64,000 nucleotides of DNA, from NCBI RefSeq assembly GCF_001194135.2, contig NC_068989.1, forward strand, positions 44,342,402-44,406,401, in the 5' to 3' direction. The stretch is from Octopus bimaculoides (taxonomy: Eukaryota). Below are positions 12,077 through 25,149 of this stretch, one piece after another; within the stretch, counting starts at the first letter, position 1; each line of letters begins with the position of its first letter. Made by a program: the position numbers and the translations under genes. The notes under the pieces were generated by a model. It did no database searches, was not told the DNA's origin, and was given only the letters and a program-made list of their open reading frames with translations.

Positions 12077-12537
12077 CGAGAAATGGATCGGTCTGGTTAC
12101 AGAGAAGAAGCAACGAGCAAATTTCATATCTGCACATTTTCTGATTTTCATTCAAATCGTGTGGCACCCATTTGTCATCCTTCTTTGATTTTCTGATCGC
12201 ATGCAAATGGTTGCATGCAGTTTTCTGGCTAACTTGAAGTTGTTTTTTTTTCTGCCAGTTCTCGAGTGGTTTTACGTGGATCTTTCTCAATGACGGTTTT
12301 TAATTGACCGTCATCGATGACAGGTGGGCGTCCACTACGCTCACGATCTTCAAGGCTCAGGTCTCCACTGCAAAATCGCTTAAACCATTTTCGAGCTGAC
12401 CACTCACTGGTCATTTCCTCGCCAAACGTTTTGTTGATATTTCGAACAGTTTCAGCTGCTTTACGTCCTTTTTTTGAAGTTAAATAGCAAAATTGCTCGA
12501 ATGTCGCGCTTTGACAGTGCTATTTCAGATGAGTATA

Positions 12538-12962
12538 TTAGGATGTTACGAAAATAATGGCCGATTTCAGAAACATGATTTTATTCCCGAAAGATTAACA
12601 ATTTCATCTTCAAGGCTCTCTTCACCACGACGGAATTTCTGAAACCACCTTCGTACCGTGCGATCACTTGTGGACCCCTCTCTTCATGCTCTGTTGATAT
12701 TGGCAGCAGTTTGGGAGGCACTGTGCCCGAGGTTGAACTCATGCAAGAAAAGTAAGCAAAGGTCCTTTTTTGTCATGTTCATAATTATGGGAGCCTATGC
12801 TTCAAAAATGTTTTCTGTCTGAAACAAGTAGAAAATTATTAAAGAGCATACATCAATTATTAAGTTTGTCGAAAATCATCTAAAATATTATTAAAATACA
12901 ATGATAAAATTTCTTTTCAAAGCACAACATTTAGAGCGGCCATTATTTTCGGAACAACCTAA
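12538..12962 (-). mobile_element. Internally deleted mariner (MITE-like) of a second family, nested in the first
   Basis: TIRs TTAGGATGTTACGAAAATAATGGCCG and CGGCCATTATTTTCGGAACAACCTAA, TA on both sides. Residual N-terminus LLFLHEFNLGHSASQTAANIN...RTVRRWFQKFRRGEESLEDE. Confidence 0.9.
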
Positions 12963-13139
12963 TAGCAACGGTGAAAAAATATCAATGTTAATTTATTGAT
13001 GCATTTGGGCAAGTCTATGTCTGTATTATCAGACACTTGCAAAAAAATGCTTTAAAAAAAATTCAAAACTCTGCAAAAATCCAGTACAAATTCTTCATGG
13101 TTCAAAACGTTGCTTACCTTTTACTCAACCTGATATATA

Positions 13140-14423
13140 CAGGAGTTGGACAAAATAATGGAAACACCAAGCATTATAGCATCATAATTTTGTAATATTT
13201 ATAAAACTATCAAAAACTGGTTAATTTGTATGTTTTTTGATTTATTATTAGTGTTACTTAATGTTTTGCTAAAATTGCTGTTTCGTTTCAGATATCATCA
13301 GATAAAGGTAATTAAAATTCATCAAAATGACAGATCTATCAGACTTCCAAAGAGCTCAAATTGTTGGTGCCCGTATGACAGGTGCTAGCGTAACAAAAAC
13401 AGCCGAAATGTTTGGTATCAAGAAGTACTGTCTCGAAAGTAATGACAGCCTTTGAGAAAGAGGGAAAAAAACCTCCTCGTCGAAACAAAACTCCGGAAGA
13501 AAACCAAAACTTTCAGATAGGGACTCTTATGTCGGACTTTTATGTGAATTGTTGGAAAGGATCACAAAAGTATAGCTCTCAAAATTACTGCAGAGCTTAA
13601 TGACCACTTCGAGAACCCAGTTTCCACAAAAACTGTTCACCGGGAGCTATACAAAGCTGGATTTCATGGGAGAGCTGCAATCAGAAAACCACTAGTTTAA
13701 AAAACAAACGTTGCAAAGCATTTAGAGTAGAGCAAAAACCTACAGAATTGGTCCCTAGAGCGGCGGAAGAATGTTATTTTCTCGGACGAGTCATCCTTTA
13801 CCTTATTTCCGACAACCGGTCGAGTATATGTGTGGAGACAGCCAAAAGAAGCATTTGACCCAGACTGCCTTCTTCCAACTGTTAAACATGGAGGAGTATC
13901 TGTGATGATCGAGGCGGGGGGGGGGCTATATCTTGGAAATCCGCCGGCCCAATGGTTTCCCTTCATGGCAGAATTAATAGTCAAAACTATTTAAGCATTT
14001 TATCTGATCAAATTCATCCTATGGTTGCAGAACTGTTTCCGCAGGGAAACACACTCTTCCAGGATGATAATGTACCAATTCATACAGCTAAAGTTGGTAC
14101 TGAATGGCACGAGGAACATTCTAGTGAAGTTGAACATCTTATCTGGCCACCACAGTCCCCAGATCTCAATATTATTGAACATTTATGGTGCATTTTAGAA
14201 AAACAAATAAGGAGTCGATATCTTCCACCATCATCCCTACAAGAACTGGAGACTGTTTTAGCTGAAGGATGGACAAAAATTCCTTTGGAAACAATTCAAA
14301 GTTTGTACGAGTCCATAGCTCGTAGAATTGAAGCTGTAATTACTGCCAAAGGCGTTCCTACCCCATATTAAAATAAATTTGTTTGAAATTTTAAGGTGTT
14401 TCCATTATTTTGTCCAACCCCTG
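13140..14423 (+). mobile_element. Full-length Tc1-like (DD34E) transposon, frameshifted
   Basis: 29-bp TIRs CAGGAGTTGGACAAAATAATGGAAACACC and GGTGTTTCCATTATTTTGTCCAACCCCTG. ORF from ATG 13326 (MTDLSDFQRAQIVGAR) through VIFSDES, FQDDNVPIH and WPPQSPDLNIIEHLW to a stop at 14371. Confidence 0.95.
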
Positions 14424-14458
<35 letters not shown>

Positions 14459-15705
14459 AAGTTAATTGCAGAATAAAACTGTTAGGTCATCGACTCAAAA
14501 AGCCACAGCCCACCAATGACCACATATAAGAAGTACAGCATAAACCACAAAACCAAATTAGCAAAAGGAAGTCAAAATTTTTATACATAAGAATAAAATC
14601 GATTAAAAACATAATAGAATAACATAAATAAATAAACTGCGATTAAAAAGTTGATAGACCGGTACAGATATAGTGGAATAAAAAAATATATATATAGAAA
14701 AAATAATATAGAGAAAAAAAATAATACATAGGGGAACGTAGTAAAATAGTTCATTCGTTGAGGTTAATGGCTAATAAAAGAAGTTTAAATTTAAATTGTA
14801 CGAAAGTTCATTACTTCCCTCACGACAGCAAGTTTAGCAGGTAAAATCCAATTTCGTAATTCATACACAGGAATACCGAGGTACACGGGACGACATAATA
14901 ACAGAACATCCAATGTGTAACAAAGTAAAATCCATATTTCACCATCAGCGTTATTTAAGTCCAAGAAAATCAAGGCACAAAAGTCGATACATTAAACCAA
15001 CATCCAACAGGTAACATCGGTAAAGTCAAACCATAATTTAACATCATTTACAATGGATTACAAATATAGCTCGGAATACAAACACAAAACACCTATGGCC
15101 ATTTCGGGGGTATATCACCGTATTTAGAGCACAATAGAGCACAAACTAGTGATAACCCCGTCTTCAGGGTAAAGAACACACACAAGCATCAACGAAGGCA
15201 CCAGTAAAAAGAAAATTTGTCTCAACTAGTTTGAGCACTTCTTTTACAGCCTTGTATAAATTCTTGGTTTTCTAATACAAAACCGTTAATATTGAATAAT
15301 TATATATATATATTCGAAATCTATGTTTACAGATAATTGTATTTTTTTCTGTAATTTTCACTAGTCTTGCTCGATTTACGTTTTTGTTACTTCGCTAAAT
15401 CCCCTTTGAGAATTATTCGGTCTTAGTAGACACATGACATGTGATCTTCTTCTAGCACATTAGCAGTCCACCTAGTGGCCTCCTTTATATATATTTTTTA
15501 TATATACTTATATATACATATACAATAATCGTTTGAGATCTCAGATATTTTTTCTGAATCTCCCTGATTCTTTTAATGTACTTGTTACCTGGTATTAAAT
15601 TGATATTAATTAATATCCAATTTTTTTACCCTATTGTTTAATTTCTTTATATATATATATATATATNNNNNNNNNNNNNNNNNNNNNNNNNNNNNNNNNN
15701 NNNNN

Positions 15706-15724
<19 letters not shown>

Positions 15725-15736
<12 letters not shown>

Positions 15737-15918
15737 TGTGTGTGTCAGTGTTTGTCCCTCACCATTGCTTGACAACCGGTGTGGATGTGTTTAGAGACCA
15801 ATAGAATAAGTACCAAGTTTTAAAAATAAGTACTGGGGTTGATTCATTCGACTTAAAATTCTTCAAGGTGGTGTCCCAGCATGGTTGCAGTCTAAAGACT
15901 GCAGATAAGAGATAAAAG
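15725..15918 (+). mobile_element. CORE-type SINE 3' half
   Basis: Tail matches 6460-7355 and 55990-56180. Confidence 0.8.
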
Positions 15919-16544
15919 AGTTACAGACTTTGAAAGTTTTTGTCGATGCTGAATATTTTTATGAATGTCCCAACAGGTATTTAATTATTGTTTTAAGAGC
16001 GAACACTCTTAAGGCATTTCTCAAACAATAACTCTGTAAATTTTTTTCTTATTTATTCGTCATTAAGTGTTGTTTCCTGTTTGCTTCTATCTAGAAATCA
16101 AAGGAAATGACTACTAATCCCTTCAAACTTTGATTTTGTAACCTGGACATCAATGTTTTGAAACTGATTTATTTTCCATTACTTTTCAGACAGATTCAGT
16201 GCCGAGATGCTGAAGCCGAAATATTATTATTGCAAATATCCTGCTCAATACCACAGATTTGCTTACCAGTTGCTTGACCTTAACTACTTGAACATGTACT
16301 TCAGTGGCTGAGAATATGTGCAACTCTGTTCATGAGCAGGAATAGTGGGGAGTACCATAGCTATGCGTTGAGAGGAATTCTTTGGGGGTTTGGATAAATG
16401 TAACGAAAGCAAAGTTTGAAGGAAATATTAGCCATTTTTCATACTTTCTAAGGGTAAGCAAATGGGAAATAACAGTTGCTACCCAAGGACAACAACTATA
16501 TGTAATAAATATAACAACAATAACAACAGCAATAATCATTTCTG

Positions 16545-16752
16545 CTATAGACACAAAGTCTGAAATTTCTGCCGAAGTAGTAGTCGATAACATTAACCCC
16601 AGTACATGAATGGTACTTATTTTATCGACTTCGAAAGGATGAAAGGCAAAGTCGACCATGGCGTTGTTTGAGCTCAGAGCGGAGGGAACCGGAATAAATT
16701 ATGCTAAGCAATATATACGATACGGTAACGATTCTGCCAATTGGCCGCCTTA
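16545..16752 (-). mobile_element. SINE type M; more decayed copies at about 17340-17465 and 18330-18430
   Basis: CGAAAGGATGAAAGGCAAAGTCGAC core. Confidence 0.8.
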
Positions 16753-19239
16753 AGAAATTCTTTCTAATTTTGGAACAAGGCCTGAAATTTTGAGTCGAGG
16801 GAGCAAATCGATACTGTCGTATTAGCTGTATGAGTATTTGATGGTTGGTATTAAGTTTAACTTTGTGTCGTCATAAACCAACAACGAACTTTGAGGAAAT
16901 AACATTTATTTTTATCGATGTCAATCACAATATTTACATTGTTATATTATAGTTTGTCAGCAGCGTAATGTAGTGAGCTAGAACCGAACGTAGTTGTAAC
17001 TGAATTACAAAGAAAAGAGATTAGCTTTGCGTGAGAGGCAGGAATAATGCTTGCCTATCCTAGTTGAAGAATTCATTTTAACTCGGGACTGAACTTCAGT
17101 CAAGGAAAACTTGACGAAGTAAGAGCTCCTTCCTTGTGCTTCTAAATTGTGCCGCTCTGATTTGTTTACACGCATTGTGTTTATATAACTACAAAAGTGC
17201 AGGAATTCTTGGAACACTATAAAACATTCTTTAATATGAGGGTGACGTTCCAGCAAGTCGCCTGACATAAGTGTGGTCCGGGCCTAGTTATTACAGTTGT
17301 GGGGTTTCGAGTCCCAGACCTCGCTACAATATTATTAACCCAAGTAGTTGACTGCGCAAAAGTCAACGTTGATCTCAGTGGTATTTCACCTCAGACTGTA
17401 GAGTCGAAAGAAATATTGCAAAGCATTTTGTCCTATGTTTTAACAACTCTGCCAAATCTAACACCTTAAGCAACGATAACAATTTCGGAGTTAGTCTTTC
17501 TCATTCGCAAAATGAGCCCCACCTAATTTTGCTCAGATTGCTTTCAATCTGAGAATTCTGATTACGTTCAACCAATTACTTTATCTCGTAAATTAAAGAA
17601 TCTGATGTTATTTGGAATTAACGCTGGGAAATTTGGGTAATTTTAGCCAATCAACAGACAGCGTGGCATTTGCAGCTTGTTACCATGACAAACGCACGCT
17701 GTTTTGGTTCACTGTTGTCTGTGCCGCTGTTGTCTATGTTGATTTTTCACACTTAGTATTTTTACATATTTTTCATTTCAAATATTTTGGGGACTACACA
17801 CACACACACACACACATGCACTTATATATTAATGATGTACATGGCAGGTATACATAATACTGAAGTACACATAAAGTAAACACATGCAGACAAATATATT
17901 AATATAACAATTTTTTTAAAAATGATAAAAACATACAACAAATGAAGAAACAAAAGAAACAGAAACATGATACATGTTGATTTTCTTAGTTATTTCTGTT
18001 TATTTAGAAACCTACAATGAACAGGTCAGACGCTAAACTATAAATTTCACAGGCTACAACTTTAAAGTTGACACCGCTCCGCTAAACGCAGAAAATTTCT
18101 GTCTCGCTATTGGTTAAAAATGCCCAGTTTTTTCGATCTTTAAACCCCTGTAACTTTTTTCTCCAATTTTTTTTTTGTCCACAACATCATACCTTCAAAG
18201 CAATGAGACTGGAAGACAACATTATTATAGCCGATTTTCAGATTTTTTTTACTTCGTTTTAAAAAGGCATATTTTGCGAATGAAAAAAAACTAGATCCAC
18301 AATTTCTAATTTAGCAGTTTTGACGGTTCTTGATTGGAATTTGATTTTATTGATCACGAAGGAACGAAAGGCATCGGGTTTTAAAGTCAAAAGGTAAAGA
18401 CCTGGAACAAATGCCGCAAGTACTCAGTGACTTTGGTATTCAGTGGCACGCGCGCATACGCACACATGCACACACACACACATACACGCACGTACACAAA
18501 CATACATACATACATAATACACAAATGTATGCATAAATACATTTATATACATACAGACACACAGGCGTAAATAGCATATATCCATTCCACTCTATATTGT
18601 TGTTGCTGCTATTATTGTAGTCGTGTAGTCGTGGTTTAGCATGAAATCAACGCTAACTGAATAGAAGGCTTTCCAGTGTGCCCATTTCGCCTTTTTAAGA
18701 TCATGTAAGATTACATCATTTAATGCGTTCTTTCCCTGTTTAAGATAGTAGTATGTGATTTGACTGTGGTTTCGCAGCTGTTTCTAGCAAATAGGGCTAC
18801 TAGTGGTGGTCATTACGAAAGGTTCAAGTTCAAGTCCAAATGTGAAATATTTCCCCCCATCCTTTCAGATTGTTCATTAATTATTTTAATTATTAGTAAT
18901 ACATTTATAGGACTTATGTATAGATTACTGGAAGTCACACATGTAGTGAAATTTTTAACCAAAGATCCCCTTTGCTTCTAACAGAAGGAGTAAATCTAAA
19001 TTTGTATGCCAGAATCAACTGGTCACTTACTCCCTTCTCTCTGTTCTGACATGCTAAAAAAGATAATAGCAACAGAAACTCTATAAGTCAAAGAAGGAAC
19101 CTTTACACCAAGATAGAAAACATTTTTAGTACCAGGAGACGTGAGAGTGAGGCATCTGTGGTGAGGAAAATAATGAAGCTTTGATTGTACGTATTCTTAA
19201 ATATACCAGGAATTAAGTTACTGGTTCGATTTTAGGACA

Positions 19240-20460
19240 CCGGGGATTGAGTTAGCTTTTGCCTGCAGAAGAATTTCTTATGCAATCTCTTGTCAACCAC
19301 AATCCCCTTAAGATGGTCTCAGTTGCCATGGATGTCTCCTTTGAGGTTTTCTTCAATTGTTTGGGTTCCAAAACTATCCTCTGCAGGAAATAGTGCACCG
19401 ATCCCGCTGGAAAACTGCACTATCCGACTTCAACGGGAAATGGGGTTGCATGCCATCTTTTGATAAGAACTTCATCAATCAAGTTCTAGTATTTGTCTCT
19501 GTTTAGTTAGTGAGAAATGTGAAAACTGTCCTTCCAGAACGCTGTGAGTTCAGCCACGATGATCGTTTTTGTGATTCTGGATAGAAAATCGATGTCTGGC
19601 TGGAGCGACTTTACCTCCGCCTCTTCTGGAAAGATGAGTCTACTCTTCAGATTTGCTTGCAACACTTTGTCAGAGATCTGATGCAAAATACAAGACAGGT
19701 CTCCAACAGCTGCTTTTGCCTTAGGAGCTTTATTGCCTTCCCTTAAGAATCTGATACTTTGGGCTAGTGTGGGTTGTTAACTGGCCTTAACGTTCTGCAG
19801 ATTCATTCTCTTCGCATTTTTTGCATGTGTAGGCCTTCTCCCATTGCCTTTGATCATCTGGTCAAAATGTGGCTCAGAGCGAAAAGCTGTGTAGTGGATT
19901 TTCTTTTCCCCATATTTTAATGTTATTTAGAGGTTGGTTGTAAAGTCTGCGATAGTGCACTGAAGGAAGGACAACTTCCTTTGGTCAGTACTCTGAGATC
20001 CTTCAAGGACAGTGGGCGCTTGAGTGCCTGGTTCCATAGTATCCACTATCTCTGGCAAGCAAACCTCGCCAACCACTTTACACAGCGATCTTCTGTTGTC
20101 CTTATCATTGACATTGCTCTACTTTTTAGTGCTGTAGTTGCCAAATCCTAGTACTTTTGACAAACTACTTCCAACAGTATCTGATGTTTCCGCTTTCTTC
20201 ACAGTTTCCTAGAACTTTCACTTCCTGTTGCCCTTTTATGGTCTTGTTGACGTGTCTGACTTTCTCATCATCAGATATTAGTAATGTACTGACTGCTTTT
20301 ATTTTGGTGGCGTTAAATACCTCCACTACTGATGGAATCCGATGGCGGAGTATAGAGGTTTTGCTGTACAAGTTGATTGAGCTGAAAACTGAAAGAGCGT
20401 CCAATTATTCTATGTTCGAATTTACCTTATTATCTTTTCATTGCCTCGACCTGAATCAAA
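19240..20460 (-). mobile_element. Highly degenerate non-LTR retrotransposon 3' half with restriction-like endonuclease (HERO/R2 group)
   Basis: Frame-hopping translation gives LQANLKSRLIFPEEAEVKSLQPDIDFLSRITKTIIVAELTAFWKD...GWHATPFPVEVG...RGLWL, the PD-(D/E)xK REL signature also seen at 53511-53786. Confidence 0.75.
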
Positions 20461-20572
20461 GGGAGGTCACACTCACTTCAGCTTGGGTATGATCTCAGGC
20501 ACAACAAAACATACGCACTTGCTAGTGTGTGTGTGTGTGTGTGAGTGATAATACTTTTTTTTTTAATTCCGG

Positions 20573-21910
20573 GTGAATCCTTGTGTTTTAGAAATTTTTG
20601 ATTCTGCAGAACTGTTGGCTTCTCGACTGAAAGAGAAGAATCTTCTAGAGAATGGTGTCCGTATAACATTTTATCGGAGTCGACAGGAAGAGTTCCTTTC
20701 TTTTTTCACGAAAGAGGAAGAGCTGGTTTACTGCAGAGATGTCAGTGGGATTCTTAAAAAACTTGGCATTGAGGAATACAAATCAGAGGAATGGTGTTTT
20801 TTCATAGACCGCTCTAAGCGTAGTTTAAAATGTGTATTGTTGTACAACGGAAATATGTATGGCTCTGTCCCACTCGACCACTCAACAACTCTGAAGGAAA
20901 AATATGAAGAAATTAAATTGGTTTTAGAGAAGATACTGTATCATGACCATAAATGGGTCGTTTGTGTTGACTTAAAGATGGTGAATTTTCTCATGAGACA
21001 GCAATCCGGTTATATCAAATACCTATGCTTTCTTTGCATGTGGGACAGTAGAGATTAAGGAAACCACTATGTTAAGAAAGACTGGCAGCTTCGAACAAAT
21101 ATGGCTCCATGTAAAGCTGCCAATATATTGGAAAAACCTTTAGCTGTGCGAGATAAGATCATTTTCCCCCCTTTGCACATCAAACTCGGATTGACCAAGC
21201 AATTCCTCAAAGCTCTTGACAAAAATTGGGAGTGCTTCAAGTATATCTGGAGTGTATTTCCAGACTTGACGATTGAAAAACTTAAAGCAGGGATTTTTGA
21301 TGAACCACAGATCCTTAAGCTCTTGAAGGACACAGATTTCGTGAAAGTAATGAGCGAAAATGAAGCATCAGCTTGGCTAACCTTTGCAGAAGTAGTGCAA
21401 AACTTCCTTGGGAAACTCGAAAGTGAAAACTATTAAGACCTTGTTACCAACTTGATATCAACTTTTCGTGATATTGGGGCGAAAATGAGCATCAAAATGC
21501 ATTATCTTTTTAGGCATCTTGATTGTTTTCTTGAAAATCTCGGAGATGTTAGCGATGAACAAGGCGAACGATTCCATCAGGACATCAAAGAGATGGAAAC
21601 TCGGCACCAGGGTCATTGGGACGCTGTGATGATGACAGGCTATTGCTGGTGTTTAAAACGAGATACTCCTGTTGCTCAACATTCACGGTGCACAAAGAAG
21701 TGCAAAATTTATTCCTTGAATTTTCTGCCAAAAATCTTAACCAATGTGCATTTTGAATTTTGAATTTTTATTTGTACTTCGTTTTATTTTGTGTTACGCT
21801 CTATTTGTTGAAAACCTGAAGTTATTTTTGAATTTAGCAGGTAAAATCACTTGAGAATTCGTTAAGATATTCAAGGCACCACACACACAAAAATTTTTTG
21901 TTGCCCACTG
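20573..21910 (+). mobile_element. 5'-truncated Chapaev3-like (CMC superfamily) DNA transposon pseudogene
   Basis: Peptides SAELLASRLKEKNLL, FIDRSKRSLKCVLLYNG, CVDLKMVNFL, PPLHIKLGL, MSIKMHYLFRHLD..ENLGDVSDEQGERFHQDI, split by two stops. The 3' end TTTTTTGTTGCCCA(C/G)TG fits a CACTGGG-type TIR. Family assignment is from memory of these motifs. Confidence 0.75.
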
Positions 21911-22084
21911 TTATATGCCTCTTATATGAATAAAATACTTACTCTATCAGGTCTAGTCAGAAAATTAGACCTGAGAGAGAAAAACTGAAGTTATTTTTGA
22001 ATTTAGCAGGCAAAAATCAATTAAGAATTTGTTGAAATATTCCAGGCACCATACTTGTCACCCAGTGTTATGTAAGACCTTTAG

Positions 22085-22340
22085 AAAGCGGTGAGCTGGC
22101 AGAACGCTTAGCTGCAGAACGCTTAGCTGCAGAATGCTTAGCTGCAGAATGCACGCTGGGAAAAATGCTTAGCTGCATGTCGTCCATCTTCACGCTCTGA
22201 GTTTAAATTCAGTCGAGGTCGATTTTGCCTTTCATCCTTTTGGGTGTTAATAAAATAAGTACCAGTTGAGCACTTGGGTCGATATATTTGATTCACCCCT
22301 CCCCGAAATTGTTATTCTTGTGCCAAAATTTGAAACCATT
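22085..22340 (+). mobile_element. SINE type M with an internal tandem amplification of a 15-bp head unit
   Basis: GCAGAA(C/T)GCTTAGCT repeated three times plus partial copies at 22100-22180, followed by a normal core and tail. Confidence 0.9.
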
Positions 22341-24084
22341 ATATCAGACCTATAGACGTTTCCTTCTATTAACATTTTCCATAGAGGATACTACTCCGCG
22401 CAAATGTCTGGAAAGAGGTATATGCTAAACGATGGGATACCATAGGGAAATATAATAAACCACTGAGCAAAATTAACTTTTGTTCGATTAAAATAATTTG
22501 ATTTTTAAATATATATATATATATAAGATATGGTAATTAATCATATATTAATTAATATCGATTAATTACCAGGAGGCCAGCACATCTAAAGAATCAAAGA
22601 GATTCAGAAATAGTATCTGCAATCTCAGGGGATTAAGGAACATTTTTATATATAACGTTGACCACTAACGTGGACAATTAATGTGCTAGAAAAAGATNNN
22701 NNNNNNNNNNNNNNNNNNNNNNNNNNNNNNNNNNNNNNNNNNNNNNNNNNNNNNNNNNNNNNNNNNNNNNNNNNNNNNNNNNNNNNNNNNNNNNNNNNNN
22801 NNNNNNNNNNNNNNNNNNNNNNNNNNNNNNNNNNNNNNNNNNNNNNNNNNNNNNNNNNNNNNNNNNNNNNNNNNNNNNNNNNNNNNNNNNNNNNNNNNNN
22901 NNNNNNNNNNNNNNNNNNNNNNNNNNNNNNNNNNNNNNNNNNNNNNNNNNNNNNNNNNNNNNNNNNNNNNNNNNNNNNNNNNNNNNNNNNNNNNNNNNNN
23001 NNNNNNNNNNNNNNNNNNNNNNNNNNNNNNNNNNNNNNNNNNNNNNNNNNNNNNNNNNNNNNNNNNNNNNNNNNNNNNNNNNNNNNNNNNNNNNNNNNNN
23101 NNNNNNNNNNNNNNNNNNNNNNNNNNNNNNNNNNNNNNNNNNNNNNNNNNNNNNNNNNNNNNNNNNNNNNNNNNNNNNNNNNNNNNNNNNNNNNNNNNNN
23201 NNNNNNNNNNNNNNNNNNNNNNNNNNNNNNNNNNNNNNNNNNNNNNNNNNNNNNNNNNNNNNNNNNNNNNNNNNNNNNNNNNNNNNNNNNNNNNNNNNNN
23301 NNNNNNNNNNNNNNNNNNNNNNNNNNNNNNNNNNNNNNNNNNNNNNNNNNNNNNNNNNNNNNNNNNNNNNNNNNNNNNNNNNNNNNNNNNNNNNNNNNNN
23401 NNNNNNNNNNNNNNNNNNNNNNNNNNNNNNNNNNNNNNNNNNNNNNNNNNNNNNNNNNNNNNNNNNNNNNNNNNNNNNNNNNNNNNNNNNNNNNNNNNNG
23501 AAGGGCTGCAAGCCACTGCTCTGTATGGATATTTGGAAGGTGGTAGAAAATATAGAAGATTTCATTTACCTTCTTCTTCCCACCGCTCACCCCTCCAATT
23601 CTGGAATTTCTTTTATTGATTCTAAAAGAATACAGATACAATTCCACCTGGACATGTTTCGAACTCCAAATCTATTTGAAAGAAAGAAAGAAAGAAAGAA
23701 AGAAAAAATTACTTCGAAATTTTCGATACTCAATAAGATTTGCCATGTCTCAGAATTCACGCGAAGTATTGTATAACATAAAAAAATCGGATAATAGAGA
23801 AGTAAATTTTGCAAGGCTGACTTGTAGCACAGCTTTAACGAAGCACGTGTGAACTGAACAGGCGACTATTGTTGATAGCCACGCTAAGTATTTCTCACAT
23901 GTTCGTCTTAAAAGTTGATGTCATTTCACATGACAACCAGCGCAGTATTTCGTATTTCTATTTCTATGGCTTGACATTAAAAAAGTTGATGACTGCTTGA
24001 CTTAATCTCTCGCCATTACTGGCAACATATAATACTTTTAAAGCGATCATTTTTGTAATTAAGATTATTGCTGTCGTCATCGTT

Positions 24085-24414
24085 GTACGAAAGAGTGCTG
24101 GACAAAATAACACCAAGCAGTATTTAGTTACGGTCCTTTAAGTTCAGAGTTCAAATCATGCCGAGGTAGACGCTGCCATCCTTAAAACTCGCCTGGCTTT
24201 TTCTATAGGTAAAGGATCTAAAATTTAGTGGGAGGGCGCTAATCGATTACATCGACCCTAACGCACGACTGGCACTTATTTTATCAACCCCCGGAAAGGT
24301 GAAAAGCAAAGTCGACGTCGGTGGAATTTGAACTCAGAATGTAAAGCTAGAAGAAATGCTTCTTAGCATTTCATCTGGCACGGTGACGATTCTGCCACCT
24401 CACCGCCTTTTATG

Positions 24415-24445
<31 letters not shown>

Positions 24446-24564
24446 TTGTTGCATTTGGGGATGGTCAGGTTGCCAGTTTAGCCAGTTTATCTGAACATGA
24501 CCATCTCCAAATGCAACAATATCTGTTTCAACACACGATTTCACATTGAAACTCTTGCAAAACA

Positions 24565-24597
<33 letters not shown>

Positions 24598-25145
24598 CGT
24601 GCTTCCACATGCTCAGTAGCGAAGTGGAAGCACGTTATAAAAATAAAAGTACTAAATAATAATAATAATAATCCTTTCTACTATAGGCACAAGGTCTGAA
24701 ATTTTTAGGGGAGAGGGATGAGTCGATCACATCGGCTCCAGTGAGCAACTGATACTTATTTTACCGACCTCGAAAGGATGAAAGGCAAAGTCGACCTCGG
24801 CGGAATTTGAACTCAGAACGTAAAGACGGACGAAATCTCGCTAAACGTTTTGCCCGGTGTGCTAACGATTCAACCAGCTTATCGCGTAATAATTTTGACA
24901 CAAGGCCAGCAATTTAGTGGGAAGGATTTAGTCGATACTATCGACTTTAGTACTTAACAGGGTCTTATTTTTTCGACCCCAAAAGGATTTGAGCTCAGAA
25001 TGTACAGAGCTGGAACAAATGTCGCAAGTTATTTTTTCAGACGCTTTAACGATTCTCTTAGTACTGGGCGCGATTCATTCAACTAAAAATTCTTCAAGGT
25101 TGTGTCCCAACATGGCCGCAGTCTAATGATTGAAACAAGTAAAAA
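24085..25145. mobile_element. Cluster of SINEs (type M at 24085-24185 +, 24200-24410 -, 24665-24885 -, 24890-25055 -; CORE tail at 25060-25145) with (AAT)n tracts
   Basis: Repeated core motifs. Confidence 0.85.
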
Positions 25146-25149
25146 CGAA

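Larger units (their letters stand above)
11249..13133 (-). mobile_element. Full-length but frameshifted mariner (DD34D-type) transposon with two nested insertions
   Basis: TIRs TCAGGCTGAGTAAAATGTAAGCAACGTTTTGAA and TTCAAAACGTTGCTTACCTTTTACTCAACCTGA, flanked by TA. Peptides: RAILLFNF..KAAETVRNIN, WFKRFCSGDLSLEDRERSGRP, WVPHDL, IVTCDGKWILY, HDNARPH, HPVYFPELS. Confidence 0.95.

Noticed and set aside
14460-15600. Possible Penelope GIY-YIG remnant (YTGRHITEH-like); similar repeat-like DNA at 54670-54960
   Set aside because: Motif too short and degenerate to support a call.
15925-18300. Probable old non-autonomous DNA-transposon remnants (15925-16330, 17990-18300)
   Set aside because: No paired TIRs or TSDs could be demonstrated within the window.
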